From an uncultured Methylomirabilota bacterium (GTDB lineage: Bacteria; Methylomirabilota; Methylomirabilia; Methylomirabilales; 2-02-FULL-66-22): a DNA stretch of 64,000 nucleotides. How positions within the stretch are numbered: position 1 is the stretch's first letter; each line of letters starts with the position of its first letter. Positions 29,873 through 39,847 of this stretch are shown one piece after another. Below the pieces are notes generated by a model. The model made no database searches. It was not told the origin of the DNA and saw only the letters and a program-made list of their open reading frames with translations. The stretch lies in NCBI GenBank assembly GCA_963845565.1, contig CAWJSJ010000002.1, positions 832,001 to 896,000 of the forward strand. The letters run 5' to 3'. Made by a program: the position numbers and the translations under genes.

Positions 29873-30877
29873 ATGAAGCGACTGGCGGCATGGATGGGCG
29901 TGGTGGCGGTCCTGGTAGTCGTGGGGGCGGCTGCAGTCGAGGCGGGGACCACGCTGCGGCTTGGACACACGGATCCCGCGGATGGGCTTCGACACAAGGC
30001 GGCGACGGTCTTCGCCGACAAGGTGAAGGAGTACACTCAGGGGCGGTACACCGTGGACGTCCACCACAGCGGCACGCTCGGCGACGACCCGAAACTCCTG
30101 GAGCAGGTGAAGCTGGGGGCCATCGATCTGGCCATCAGCGGGATCGCGATCTACGGAAACCAGGTGCCCGAACTGGGCCTGCTAGCGCTCCCGTATCTTG
30201 TCGAAAGCTACGAGCAGGGCTGGGCGCTCTACGACACGTCGCCCTGGGTCAAGGAGTGGTTGGGGAAGCTGCAGACCAAGAACATGCGGGCATTATCCGT
30301 CCTGGAGGCGGGCTTCCGGCAGCTCACGGCCACCAGGCCGGTGCGGGTCCCGGCCGACGTGAAGGGGATGAAGATCCGGATTGCCAAGAATCAGGTGTAC
30401 GTGTGGCTGTGGCAGACGCTGGGGGCGAACCCCACGGTGATGGCCCTGGGCGAGACTTACATCTCGCTCCAGCAGGGTGTGGTCGACGCCCAGGAGAATC
30501 CGATTCCCACGATCCACGTCCAGAAGTTCTACGAAGTCGCCAGGAACATCTCGCTGACCAACCACATCTATGCCCCGATCCCGCTGAGCCTGAACGACAA
30601 GCGCTGGCAAGCCATGTCCGCGGCGGACCAGTCCGCGTTCATGAAAGCGGCCCAGGAGGCTTCGGTGTGGCATCGCAAGGCCGTGGTGGACGAGGACGGC
30701 AAGATGCTGGCGGAGATGAAGGCCAGAGGGGCCACGGTGATCACGCCGGACGTGCCCGCCTTCGGCAAGGCCAGCCAGCCGGTGTATGACAAGGCAGGAG
30801 AGCAGTATCCCAAGGCCGTCCTACAGGCCCTCTTGAAGGACGCCGAGGCAGTGAAGGCGAAGTATCCGGTGAAGTAG
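29873..30877 (+). CDS. dctP: TRAP transporter substrate-binding protein (DctP)
   Basis: Signal peptide; GFRQ; KGMKIR; SLQQGVVDAQENP. Confidence 0.92.
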   Translation: MKRLAAWMGVVAVLVVVGAAAVEAGTTLRLGHTDPADGLRHKAATVFADKVKEYTQGRYTVDVHHSGTLGDDPKLLEQVKLGAIDLAISGIAIYGNQVPELGLLALPYLVESYEQGWALYDTSPWVKEWLGKLQTKNMRALSVLEAGFRQLTATRPVRVPADVKGMKIRIAKNQVYVWLWQTLGANPTVMALGETYISLQQGVVDAQENPIPTIHVQKFYEVARNISLTNHIYAPIPLSLNDKRWQAMSAADQSAFMKAAQEASVWHRKAVVDEDGKMLAEMKARGATVITPDVPAFGKASQPVYDKAGEQYPKAVLQALLKDAEAVKAKYPVK

Positions 30878-31013
30878 GGGCGAGCGCCGAGTGCCAAGAG
30901 CCGAGCCGCGAGCCGCGAGTTACGGACGAGGATAGCCACAAGAAGCACAAGAAGCACAGGGGGCAGGGAAGACGGAATGCACGCGCGGCGTGCCGGAGAC
31001 GGCACGCCGCGCG

Positions 31014-31574
31014 ATGTCATGGAGTGACGAGATGCGCGACCCGTCGGATGCGCGCGGGGGCGTGGTGGATCTTGTGCTGGACCGGGTGATCGGGCCGTTT
31101 GTTGACTGGGCGGTCGGCGGGCTGGTCGCGGCCCTCGTGATCCTGGTGGGTTCCGGAATCATGGCCCGCTACGTCTTCAACTACTCGCTGGCGTGGTCGG
31201 ACGAACTGGCCGGACTCGGGTTCGTCTGGCTCACGTTGCTCGGGTCGGTCGCCGCCAGTCGGCGCCGCTCCCACATGGTGATCGGGTTTCTGCCCAAGCG
31301 ATTCGGCCCCGGCGGGCAGCGCGCCATCGGGTTCTACGTGACGGCCGCGATCGTCGTCTTTCTCGGATTCATGATCGGGGAAGGCATCGTGCTCACCGCT
31401 GCGACCATGGACGACAAGTCGGCGGTTCTCCGGATGCCGGTCGGGATCTCCTACCTCTCACTTCCCGTGGCGGGTCTGCTCATGATGGGGTACACCCTGC
31501 GGGAGGGCTGGGCGCTGTGGCAGAGCGCCGGGGCGGCTGGACGGCGAGCGGCGACGTCGGACGAGGAGGACTAG
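31014..31574 (+). CDS. dctQ: TRAP transporter small permease (DctQ)
   Basis: RYVFNYSLAWSDELA...WLTLLG, HM; lies between dctP and dctM. Confidence 0.88.
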   Translation: MSWSDEMRDPSDARGGVVDLVLDRVIGPFVDWAVGGLVAALVILVGSGIMARYVFNYSLAWSDELAGLGFVWLTLLGSVAASRRRSHMVIGFLPKRFGPGGQRAIGFYVTAAIVVFLGFMIGEGIVLTAATMDDKSAVLRMPVGISYLSLPVAGLLMMGYTLREGWALWQSAGAAGRRAATSDEED

Positions 31575-31577
31575 CCC

Positions 31578-32859
31578 ATGAACTTCGTCATCATCTGGGG
31601 GCTCTTCCTCGGGCTTGTCCGTGACCGCCATCCCGCTCGCCTTCAGCATCGGGCTCACGCCGCTGCTTTTCGGTCTGATGAGCGGGAAGTTCTCGCTCAC
31701 GGTCATCTTCCAGTCCATCGTCTCCATCAACGAGTCCTTCACGCTCCTCGCCCTGCCGTTCTTCATCCTTGCCGGGGAGATCATGAGCGCGGGAGGGATC
31801 GGCAAGCGGATCACCCAGTTCGCCTTCGCCCTGCTGGGCTGGGTTCCCGGAGGGCTCGCCCTGATCAGCGTCGTCGCCTCGATGATCTTCGGCGGCATCT
31901 CCGGGTCCGCGGCGGCGGATGCCGCGGCGGTGGGCGGGGTCATGATCCCCGCCATGATCAAGAAGGGGTACGATAAGGCCTATGCCGCGGCCGTCATCGC
32001 CTCGGCGGGAACCATCGGCGTCATCATTCCGCCGTCCATTCCCATGGTGCTCTACGCCTTCGTCTCGGGCGTATCGCTCGGCGACCTGTTCATGGCGGGG
32101 ATCATCCCGGGCATCCTGGTCGGCTTATCCCTGATGGTCTGCGCCTTCGTCATCGCGCTGCGGCGCGGGTATCCGACGGAATCGCTGCTGAGCTTCGGCG
32201 AGGTGGCGCGAAGCTTCCTGGTCTGCCTGCCGGCCCTGTTCGCCCCGGTCATCATCCTCGGCTCCATCTTCACCGGGATCGTGACGCCGACCGAGGCCGC
32301 CGTCATCGCCGTGGTGTACGCCATCGTGGTGGGGCGCTGGGTCTACGGCGACCTCGAATGGCGAATGATCCCCGACATGCTCAGAAAGACCGGGGAGATG
32401 ACGGCGGTCATGATGCTGATCATCGGGGCCGGCGACGCCCTGGCCTGGGTGCTCACCGTGGAGAACTTCTCCACCATCTTCTCTCAGTGGATCGTCTCGC
32501 TGGCCGGTGGCAAGGTCGCCCTCCTGATCCTGATCAACATCTTCCTCCTGATCCTGGGGGGGCCGATGCCACTGGCGCCGGCACTGCTTCTCACCACGCC
32601 GATCCTCTTGCCCGTGGTCAAGGCGGTGGGGGTGGATCCGCTGCACTTCGGGATGATCGTGGTCTGCAACCTGGCCATCAGCATCTGCAGCCCGCCGGTG
32701 GGCAACACGCTGTTCATCGCCGCCAAATTGGCCCGAGTCTCGGTGGAGCGCACCTCGCTGGCGCTGGTCCCGTTCATCCTGATCAACATCGTGACGCTTC
32801 TGCTCATCACCTATTACCCGCCCTTCAGCCTGTGGCTGCCGAGCGTGCTGCGGCACTAG
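31578..32859 (+). pseudogene. dctM: TRAP large permease (DctM) with a +1 frameshift near 31613 (real or sequencing error)
   Basis: ATG 31578 with RBS GAGGAGG gives MNFVIIWGLFLG; the body continues in the next frame (SVTAIPLAF, LALPFFILAG, GISGSAAADA). Confidence 0.85.
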
Positions 32860-32986
32860 CGACAGGGATAGCGACAGGGACAGGGGCGAAGACGGGGAGC
32901 TGACAGCAGGCAGCGGGCAGCGAACAGGCATAGCGCATAGCGCAAAGGGCAAAGGGTTGGACGCCATGCGCCATGCGCTTTGCGCC
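32858..32986. repeat. Composite hexamer/heptamer short-repeat tract
   Basis: AGCGAC/AGGGAT hexamers; AGCNNNC heptamers; GCATAGC/GCAAAGG units inverted against CGCCATG/CGCTTTG. Confidence 0.65.
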
Positions 32987-33087
32987 GAGGACAAGGAATA
33001 GCAGACAGCGAGCTACCGGAAGCAGGTGCGATGCAGGGGCGTGAGGGCTCACACCCACAGGCGAAACAACCAGCCGAAGGAGCGTCG

Positions 33088-34044
33088 ATGAACAAGCTTG
33101 CGATCATCACCGGCTTCCTGGGGGAGACCCGAAACCGGTACATGGTGTACCAAGGAAACCGGGGGTTGGCCGAGAAGTTCGAGATGCTGGGTCGGATCAA
33201 AGGAGTGGACGGTGTGGAGCTCTGCTACCCCGCGGACTTCGAGAACTCGGCGGAGCTCAAGGAGGTGCTGAAGCGATCCGGCGCGGGAATCGCCGGCGTC
33301 AACTTCCGCTCCCGTCGGACGGGGAAGTGGTGGCGAGGGGCCTATATGGCTGAAAGCCCCGTCGAACGCCAGGAAGTGGTGGAGGACCTCAAGCGCTGCA
33401 TGGATGCCGCTGCCGAGCTGGGCTGCACCCGGATCACCACCTGCCCCCTCAACGACGGGGCGGACACGCTGTTCGAGGTGGATTATCTCAAGGCGTACGA
33501 CTATGCGGCCGAGACGTTCGGAGCGGCCTGTGCCCACAACCGCCAGATCCGGATCTGCATCGAGTACAAGAAGAACGACCCCATCGCCCGCTGCCTCCTC
33601 GGGACCGCGGGGGAAACGGCGGCCTTCTGTCTCCTGACCGGGGCGCCGAACCTGGGCGCCACGCTGGACATCGGCCACGCGCTCTATGCCGAGGAACGCC
33701 CTGCGCAGTCTGCCGCTCTCCTCGCCAAGGCCAATCGGCTCTTCTACGTCCATCTGAACGACAACGACGGCCGCTGGGACTGGGACATGCTCCCGGGGGC
33801 TTTCCACCTCTGGGAGTTCGTCGAGTTGTTCTACACCCTCCGGAAGCTCGGGTACGACAACGACTGGTACGCGTTCGACGTGTACCCGAAAGAGATCGAC
33901 ACGGTTCAGAACTTCACCGCGGCGATGCAGCTCACCCGGAAGCTGGAAGCGATCACCGACCGGATCGACGTCCCCACCATGGAACAGCTCCTCCGGGAGC
34001 GCAACTCGGCGAAGACGTTGCCCTACCTGTACTCATTGTTGTAA
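33088..34044 (+). CDS. Sugar isomerase/epimerase, xylose-isomerase-like TIM barrel
   Basis: IEYKKND, TLDIGHA, HLNDN, WDWD, FDVYP metal-ligand motifs. Confidence 0.85.
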   Translation: MNKLAIITGFLGETRNRYMVYQGNRGLAEKFEMLGRIKGVDGVELCYPADFENSAELKEVLKRSGAGIAGVNFRSRRTGKWWRGAYMAESPVERQEVVEDLKRCMDAAAELGCTRITTCPLNDGADTLFEVDYLKAYDYAAETFGAACAHNRQIRICIEYKKNDPIARCLLGTAGETAAFCLLTGAPNLGATLDIGHALYAEERPAQSAALLAKANRLFYVHLNDNDGRWDWDMLPGAFHLWEFVELFYTLRKLGYDNDWYAFDVYPKEIDTVQNFTAAMQLTRKLEAITDRIDVPTMEQLLRERNSAKTLPYLYSLL

Positions 34045-34066
34045 AGTGCGGCAGCGGCGCTCCTAC

Positions 34067-34191
34067 CGGGCTGCTGAAACAGGCCCATCTGCGGCGTTGG
34101 TTTGGCTCGGCACTCGCTGCGACGTACCTCCAGTATGCCTCGCTCGGCCTACGCCAAACCGCCTTGCATCTGGACCTTTTTGAGCAGCCTG
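34067..34191. repeat. MITE/REP-like repeat family A, copy 3
   Basis: GGGCTGCTGAAACAGGCCCATCTGC ... GCATCTGGACCTTTTTGAGCAGCCTG. Confidence 0.82.
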
Positions 34192-34270
34192 GAGGGAACG
34201 CGGTTTGCGGCATCCCGCTGATATGGGAAGCCAGTGACGTCAACCGAATAGCCGAGGAAAGGTGGAACGC

Positions 34271-35323
34271 ATGGGAGCCAAGGACCTGCGGGTGAAGGCG
34301 GAGGACCTGAAGACGTTCATGAAGGCGGTATTCGAAAAGGCCGGGTTCACGCCCGAGGGGGCGGAGAACCAGGCGGATGTCCTGGTGTGGGCGAACCTGC
34401 GCGGGGTGGATTCGCACGGGGTCCAGCGCATCTCCTGGTACCTGGAGCTGGTGGACAAGGGCCACATGAAGCCCCGGCCCAACATCCAGATCCAGAAGGA
34501 AACGCCGGCTACCCTGCTCATCGACGCGGACTTCGCGCCGGGACCGGTGGTGACCGTCCTGGCGATGCGGAAGGTGATCGAGAAGGCGCGGAAGGTCGGG
34601 ATCGGCTGGGCCGTGATCCGGAACACGCTGCATCAGGGGGCGATGGGCTACTACTCGCTCATGGCCGCGAACGAGGGCATGGCGGGCATCGCCATCGTGT
34701 GTAACCCCCCCAACATGGCCCCCTACGGCGCCCGGGCGGCCGGCGTCCACAACAGCCCAATCGCCATCTGCGTTCCCGGCAAGCGCCACAAGCCCCTGAT
34801 GCTGGACATGGCGACCAGCGTGGCGGCGCGCGGCAAGCTGGACGTGGCCGAAGACAAGGGGATCGCGATCCCGCTGGGCTGGGCGCTGGACAAGGACGGC
34901 AAGCCCACCACCGATCCGAAAGCGAGCACGGTCCTGCTGCCCGCCGGCGGGGGAAAGGGGTCCGGCCTGGCCATGCTCTTCGAGTGCCTGACGAGCCTGT
35001 TCGTGGCGAACCCGCTCCTCACGCCCGTCTTCGAGGGCAAGCCGGGCGCCACGACCCACCGACAGAACAGCGTGGTGGCGGCGGTGGACATCGCCACCTT
35101 CACGGACCTCGCGCAGTACAAGGCGAACGCCGACGCTATCGTGGACGGAATCAAGGCGCTGCCGACGGCGGAAGGGTTTTCGGAGGTCCTGGTGCCCGGG
35201 GAGCCGGAAGACCGCGTGCAGGCCGAACGGGCCAAGAGCGGCATTCCGCTTCCTGAGGGGACGTTCCTCAAGATGAAGAACGCCTCCGTGCGGTTTGGTG
35301 TCCCACTGCCGGTCGGACTGTAA
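34271..35323 (+). CDS. Ldh_2 family oxidoreductase
   Basis: ANLRGVDSHG, HQGA, LDMATS, KGSGL, VPGEPE. Confidence 0.9.
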   Translation: MGAKDLRVKAEDLKTFMKAVFEKAGFTPEGAENQADVLVWANLRGVDSHGVQRISWYLELVDKGHMKPRPNIQIQKETPATLLIDADFAPGPVVTVLAMRKVIEKARKVGIGWAVIRNTLHQGAMGYYSLMAANEGMAGIAIVCNPPNMAPYGARAAGVHNSPIAICVPGKRHKPLMLDMATSVAARGKLDVAEDKGIAIPLGWALDKDGKPTTDPKASTVLLPAGGGKGSGLAMLFECLTSLFVANPLLTPVFEGKPGATTHRQNSVVAAVDIATFTDLAQYKANADAIVDGIKALPTAEGFSEVLVPGEPEDRVQAERAKSGIPLPEGTFLKMKNASVRFGVPLPVGL

Positions 35324-35470
35324 GAACCGACAGAGACAGGGACAGCGAAGGGGACAGCGACAGCGACAGGGGAGGGCTCCGGTGTCGGATGCTCTCTGCT
35401 GTCCCCGCCTGCCTGGCGGGCAGGGCTGTCGGAGATCGCTGTCGCCCCCCTTTCTTTATCCACCGCGAGG

Positions 35471-36298
35471 ATGCGCATGATCAAGCTCAGCTACGCGGTT
35501 GCTCTGCCTGATTGCAAGGCCAAGAAGATGCAGTGTTTCCGGGGCGATCTGGACGCCATCTGCGGACAGCTCAAGGCGCTGGGATATGACGGCGTCGAAT
35601 TGTTTGCGCGCAATCCGCGGGAGCTGGACCAGCACGCAATCGCGGCCACGATCCAGAGGCACGACCTCGTCGTGCCCGAGATCAGCACCGGCCCGGCGAG
35701 CGAGGATGGGCTGTCGCTCACCGATCCGGACCCGGCGATGCGGCAGCGGGCGCTGGGACGCCTGCGGGACTATGTGGACATGGCCTCCCGCTGGGGCGCC
35801 CAGATGCACCTGGGGCGCATCCGGGGAAGCGTCCCCGAGGGGCCCGCGGCGGCAGAGGCGTGGACGCAGATGAAGGAGGGGTTCCTTCAGACCGCCGAGT
35901 ACGGCCAGAGCCGCGGCGTCCGGGTGCTGCTGGAGCCCCAGTGCCGCTTCCAGGGCAACACGCTGCTCTCCGTGGTCGAGGGCATCGCCTTCATGAGGGA
36001 GCTCGGCCATCCGAACCTCGGGATCGTGGCCGACACCTTCCACATGAACATCGAGGATGTGTCGCTTCCCGCCAGCCTGGTGGCCGCGAAGCCCTACCTG
36101 ACGCACGTGCACTTCGCGGACAGCAACCGCTGGTATCCGGGTGGGGGCCACATCAACTTCCGGGAGATCCTGGAGGCGCTCAGGCTGATCGACTACGACC
36201 GCTTCATCACCATGGAGATGGAGCAGTATCCCGACTCGGCGACGGCGGCGCGGCGCGCCATCCAGACGGTACGAGCGCTGCTCGATGGCATGCAGTGA
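35471..36298 (+). CDS. Sugar phosphate isomerase/epimerase (IolO / 5-keto-L-gluconate epimerase-like)
   Basis: GYDGVEL, LEP..R, DTFHMNIE, HVHFADSNRWYPG.GH. Confidence 0.85.
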   Translation: MRMIKLSYAVALPDCKAKKMQCFRGDLDAICGQLKALGYDGVELFARNPRELDQHAIAATIQRHDLVVPEISTGPASEDGLSLTDPDPAMRQRALGRLRDYVDMASRWGAQMHLGRIRGSVPEGPAAAEAWTQMKEGFLQTAEYGQSRGVRVLLEPQCRFQGNTLLSVVEGIAFMRELGHPNLGIVADTFHMNIEDVSLPASLVAAKPYLTHVHFADSNRWYPGGGHINFREILEALRLIDYDRFITMEMEQYPDSATAARRAIQTVRALLDGMQ

Positions 36299-36537
36299 CC
36301 AGTGGCCAGATCCCAATGACCAACCCACGCCATCGTAGGCTCCCTGCGGCCATCGGGCACGCCGGCCACCAAGCTCCCCCGGCCGAAAGGGCGGCGCGCA
36401 GGCGGTTGTCCGGCCCGGCGGGTCCGCGCGGCCGTCTCGAGACACTATGTCTGGCATTGACATCCATATGATTGTGCCGATAAGATATGTCGAGAATGTG
36501 ACGAAATGTACGGTACTTTCAATGAGTGGTGGATATC

Positions 36538-36759
36538 ATGAAAACGACCATTGAGATTGACGAGAAGGCGTTGAAAGAAGCGCAGCGGGCGCTTGGGACG
36601 ACGACAATCAAGGGGACGGTAAACGCCAGCCTGAAAGAGGTGGTTCGACAAAGACAACTGCAGGCGCTGGCAGATGCCCTGGGCACCATCGAGCTCGACC
36701 TGACGCCCGACCAGCTCCGCCGGCAGCGCGCAAAGCGAACTACCCATGCATCTCGTTGA
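36538..36759 (+). CDS. vapB: VapB-type antitoxin
   Basis: MKTTIEIDEKAL RHH-like N-terminus; overlaps the PIN gene. Confidence 0.82.
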   Translation: MKTTIEIDEKALKEAQRALGTTTIKGTVNASLKEVVRQRQLQALADALGTIELDLTPDQLRRQRAKRTTHASR

Positions 36760-37159
36760 CACATCGGTCTGGGTACACGCCTTGCGGCCGTCCGGCCACA
36801 CCGCGATCCGTGCCCTCCTGCGCCCCTTGATCCTGAATGGGGAAGTCGCGGTCACGGAGTGGATCCTCCTGGAACTCATGACTGGCCTGCGCACGTCCGA
36901 ACGGAAGGATTCCCTGCTGCAATGGTTCGCCCCGATTTCCCGTCTCCCGTTTGAGGCCTCGTGGTGGGAACACGCATGGGACCTCGCTGCTCGACTGCGG
37001 CGAGAGGGGGTCACGCCGACTGCGGCGGACTGCCTGATCGCTACGGTGGCCATCAAACACCAGGCTGTCCTGATCCATTGTGACAAGGACTTTGAGTCGA
37101 TGAAGCCACTTTTTTCATTGGTGACCCTCGACTGGACGCCCTATCTTTCACGGCGGTAG
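36746..37159 (+). CDS. vapC: VapC PIN-domain toxin
   Basis: LVDTSVW, ILLEL, DCLIATVA, DKDF. Confidence 0.9.
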   Translation: MHLVDTSVWVHALRPSGHTAIRALLRPLILNGEVAVTEWILLELMTGLRTSERKDSLLQWFAPISRLPFEASWWEHAWDLAARLRREGVTPTAADCLIATVAIKHQAVLIHCDKDFESMKPLFSLVTLDWTPYLSRR

Positions 37160-37927
37160 GTGCCGGGAGACGCCGTGGGATCACATGACCAGGCTTTCAT
37201 TCGCCGAGGCATCGCGGAGAAGTACCGCGAGGTCGCGGTCTCAGCTCGGGGGCTCTTCAAGTATCCGATCGGGGAAGCCGGCGCCCTCGGGTTGGGGTAC
37301 CCACCGGCGCTCGTTGCCCGGGTGCCTGATCTGGTCCGGGCGCGGTTCGTCGGGGTGGGGAATCCCTTTGCCCTCGGCGGGATCGCGCCGGGTGATGCGG
37401 TCCTCGACCTCGGGTGCGGCGCCGGTTTCGACACCTTCATGAGCGCGTTTGCCGCAGGGCCACTGGGACGTGTCGCCGGAATTGACCTCTCGGCCGAGAT
37501 GCTGGCGATCGCCGAACTGGGCCGCGCCGAGGCGCGGCTGACGAATGTGGAGTTTCGCGAGGCCATGATCGAGGCCCTTCCGTTTCCGGACGCCTCGTTC
37601 GACATCGCCCTGAGCAACGGTGTCCTGAATCTGATCCCGGACAAACCCGCCGCCCTGCGCGAGGTCTTCCGCGTCCTCAAGCGCGGCGGCCGACTGCAGG
37701 CGTGCGACATGGGCCTCGTCGGCGAGGCGCCTCCGCCCGACAAGGCTCCCTGGTCCGATTGAATCGCCGGGGCCGTGACGAGGAAGGTCTTCCTCGCGAT
37801 GCTCGAAGAGGCCGGATTCCTGGAGGCGCGCTGCGCGGGGACCGGCACATATCGCACCTCGGCGTTTACCCAGGCGACGTTCTACACGGCGCGGAAGCCA
37901 GGTGGTGGGTCCGTGACGCTGGCGTGA
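37160..37927 (+). CDS. ArsM-like SAM-dependent methyltransferase, probable selenoprotein (Sec at TGA 37760-37762)
   Basis: VLDLGCGAGFD, SNGVLNL.PDK; read-through gives WSD-U-IAGA...AGF...ARKP, matching the ArsM C-terminus; SECIS-like hairpin follows. Confidence 0.8.
37776..37798 (+). promoter_or_regulatory. Putative bacterial SECIS element
   Basis: CGAGGAA-GGTC-TTCCTCG perfect stem-loop (37779-37796); G-containing loop begins 24 nt after the UGA. Confidence 0.7.
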
Positions 37928-38128
37928 ATAAGAGGACACCTCCGCCGCCCGGACCATGTCGCTTCGTCATCTCTGCCGGCGACGCTCCACACTTTTCCTT
38001 GCTCCGTTTGGGCGTTTGCAATACAACTGAGTGGACGCCTTGGCGAATCCGGCGGACCGTGGTTGTCCGCCGGCTCGAACTCGACACTCCATGGGGCGAG
38101 TGGTGTCGCCCAGAACAAGGAGCCAACC

Positions 38129-38968
38129 ATGCCGGCACTCATCCGGAACTCTGCCAACCAGAATCAGCCGATCATCACGCAGAAGAACGGAACGCTCTCT
38201 CGGACGTATTTCAACCTGGTCCGGCTCGGCCGGGGTGAGGAGTACCGGACTAAGGTTGCGGGCGTCGAGACGGTCTATGTGGTGATGACCGGCAACGTGG
38301 ACATCCAGGTGGACGGAACCACCTTCCGGGACGTCGGGCGCCGCAAAGATATCTGGTCGGGGAATGCGGATTCCGTGTATGCCGGCGCCGGCTCTGCCGT
38401 CCAGGTGCGTGCCAACCAGGACGGGACGGAAATCGCCGTGGCGGGTGGGATCTGCGACACCGCCCATTCGCCCTTCCGAGTGCTGCCGGCGGAGGTGGAC
38501 ATGGTGGATGTCGGCTCCATCGAGACGCGATCGCATCGGCGCATCTTCCACATCCTGGGCAAGAATGCGGCAGGTCGGGCGGGTAATCTCCTGGTGAGCG
38601 AATTGTATTGCGACCACGGCTGCTGGTCGGGGTACCCCCCGCACAAGCACAACGAGGATCGGGGGAGCGCGGAAACGGACCATGAAGAAACCTACCACTA
38701 CCGCTTCCGCCCCGAGACGGGTTTCGGAGCGCAGCTCTGCTTCCAGCCGGATGGCTCCTCCCAGTGCTTCATGACGCGGCACGGCGATACCTTTCTGCTG
38801 GACCGCGGATATCATCCGACCGTCACGTCGCCCGGCCACGAGGAGTACATCTTCACGATCCTGGTCGGAAAGAGCCAGCGCGGCCTGGTGCAGCACTTCA
38901 AGGAGGATTACCACTATCTGATGGCGGGAATCCCGGGCATCCAGGACATGGTCAACAAGTTCAAGTGA
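38129..38968 (+). CDS. iolB: 5-deoxy-glucuronate isomerase (IolB/KduI family)
   Basis: WSGYPPHKH, EETYHYRF, GYHP motifs. Confidence 0.88.
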   Translation: MPALIRNSANQNQPIITQKNGTLSRTYFNLVRLGRGEEYRTKVAGVETVYVVMTGNVDIQVDGTTFRDVGRRKDIWSGNADSVYAGAGSAVQVRANQDGTEIAVAGGICDTAHSPFRVLPAEVDMVDVGSIETRSHRRIFHILGKNAAGRAGNLLVSELYCDHGCWSGYPPHKHNEDRGSAETDHEETYHYRFRPETGFGAQLCFQPDGSSQCFMTRHGDTFLLDRGYHPTVTSPGHEEYIFTILVGKSQRGLVQHFKEDYHYLMAGIPGIQDMVNKFK

Positions 38969-39076
38969 GGGTCGAAAGGAGAACGTTCGGCGGTTCGGGT
39001 TTCAACGGTTCGGAAGTGCGGGAGGATGGGGATACGAGCGGGTCCGAAAAAACCGCGGTGCAAGAGGAGCGGGGAC

Positions 39077-39844
39077 ATGGGAAGCGATCTCTTCGATTTG
39101 ACGGGCAAGGTGGCGCTGATTACCGGTGCGACGCAGGGGATTGGGTTTGCCATCGCACGCGGGCTGGCGCAAGCCGGGGCCCGGGTCGTCATCAATGCGC
39201 GCAACCAAGAGAAGCTGGACCGAGCCGTGGCGAAGCTCTCCTCGGAGGGGCTGCCGGTTTCCGGGAGCTGTTTCGACGTGATGAAATCGGATCAGATCCA
39301 GGAACGGGTCCAGGCCCTGGAGCGGGAATTTGGGCGGATTGACATCCTGGTGAACAACGCGGGAATTCAGCGCCGGATGCCGCTGGAGAACTTCGACGAG
39401 GCCGTCTGGCGCGAGGTGCTGGAGACGAATCTCACGGCCGTCTTTTTGGTCACCAAGCAAGTGGCGCAAGGAATGATCGCGCGAAAGTCGGGGAAGATCA
39501 TCAATATCTGTTCGCTCATGTGCGAGGCGGCCCGGCCCACGGTGGCGGCGTACACGGCAGCCAAGGGCGGGGTGAAGCAGCTCACCAAGGCCATGGCGGT
39601 GGAATGGGCGAAGCACAACATCCAGGCCAACGGCCTCGGCCCGGGCTACATCCTGACCGAGATGAACCGACCGCTCATCGACGATGCCAAGTTCAACGCC
39701 TGGGTGTGCGGACGAACCCCGGCCGGCCGCTGGGCGGATCCCACCGAGCTTGTCGGCACGGCGGTCTTCCTCGCATCGAAGGCGTCCGATTTTGTGAATG
39801 GGCAGATCATCAATGTGGACGGCGGGATTCTCGCGGCGTTGTAA
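39077..39844 (+). CDS. Gluconate 5-dehydrogenase-like SDR (IdnO/KduD type)
   Basis: FDLTGKVALITG, NNAGIQRR, YTAAKGG, RTPAGRW, FVNGQIINVDGG. Confidence 0.85.
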   Translation: MGSDLFDLTGKVALITGATQGIGFAIARGLAQAGARVVINARNQEKLDRAVAKLSSEGLPVSGSCFDVMKSDQIQERVQALEREFGRIDILVNNAGIQRRMPLENFDEAVWREVLETNLTAVFLVTKQVAQGMIARKSGKIINICSLMCEAARPTVAAYTAAKGGVKQLTKAMAVEWAKHNIQANGLGPGYILTEMNRPLIDDAKFNAWVCGRTPAGRWADPTELVGTAVFLASKASDFVNGQIINVDGGILAAL

Positions 39845-39847
39845 GGA

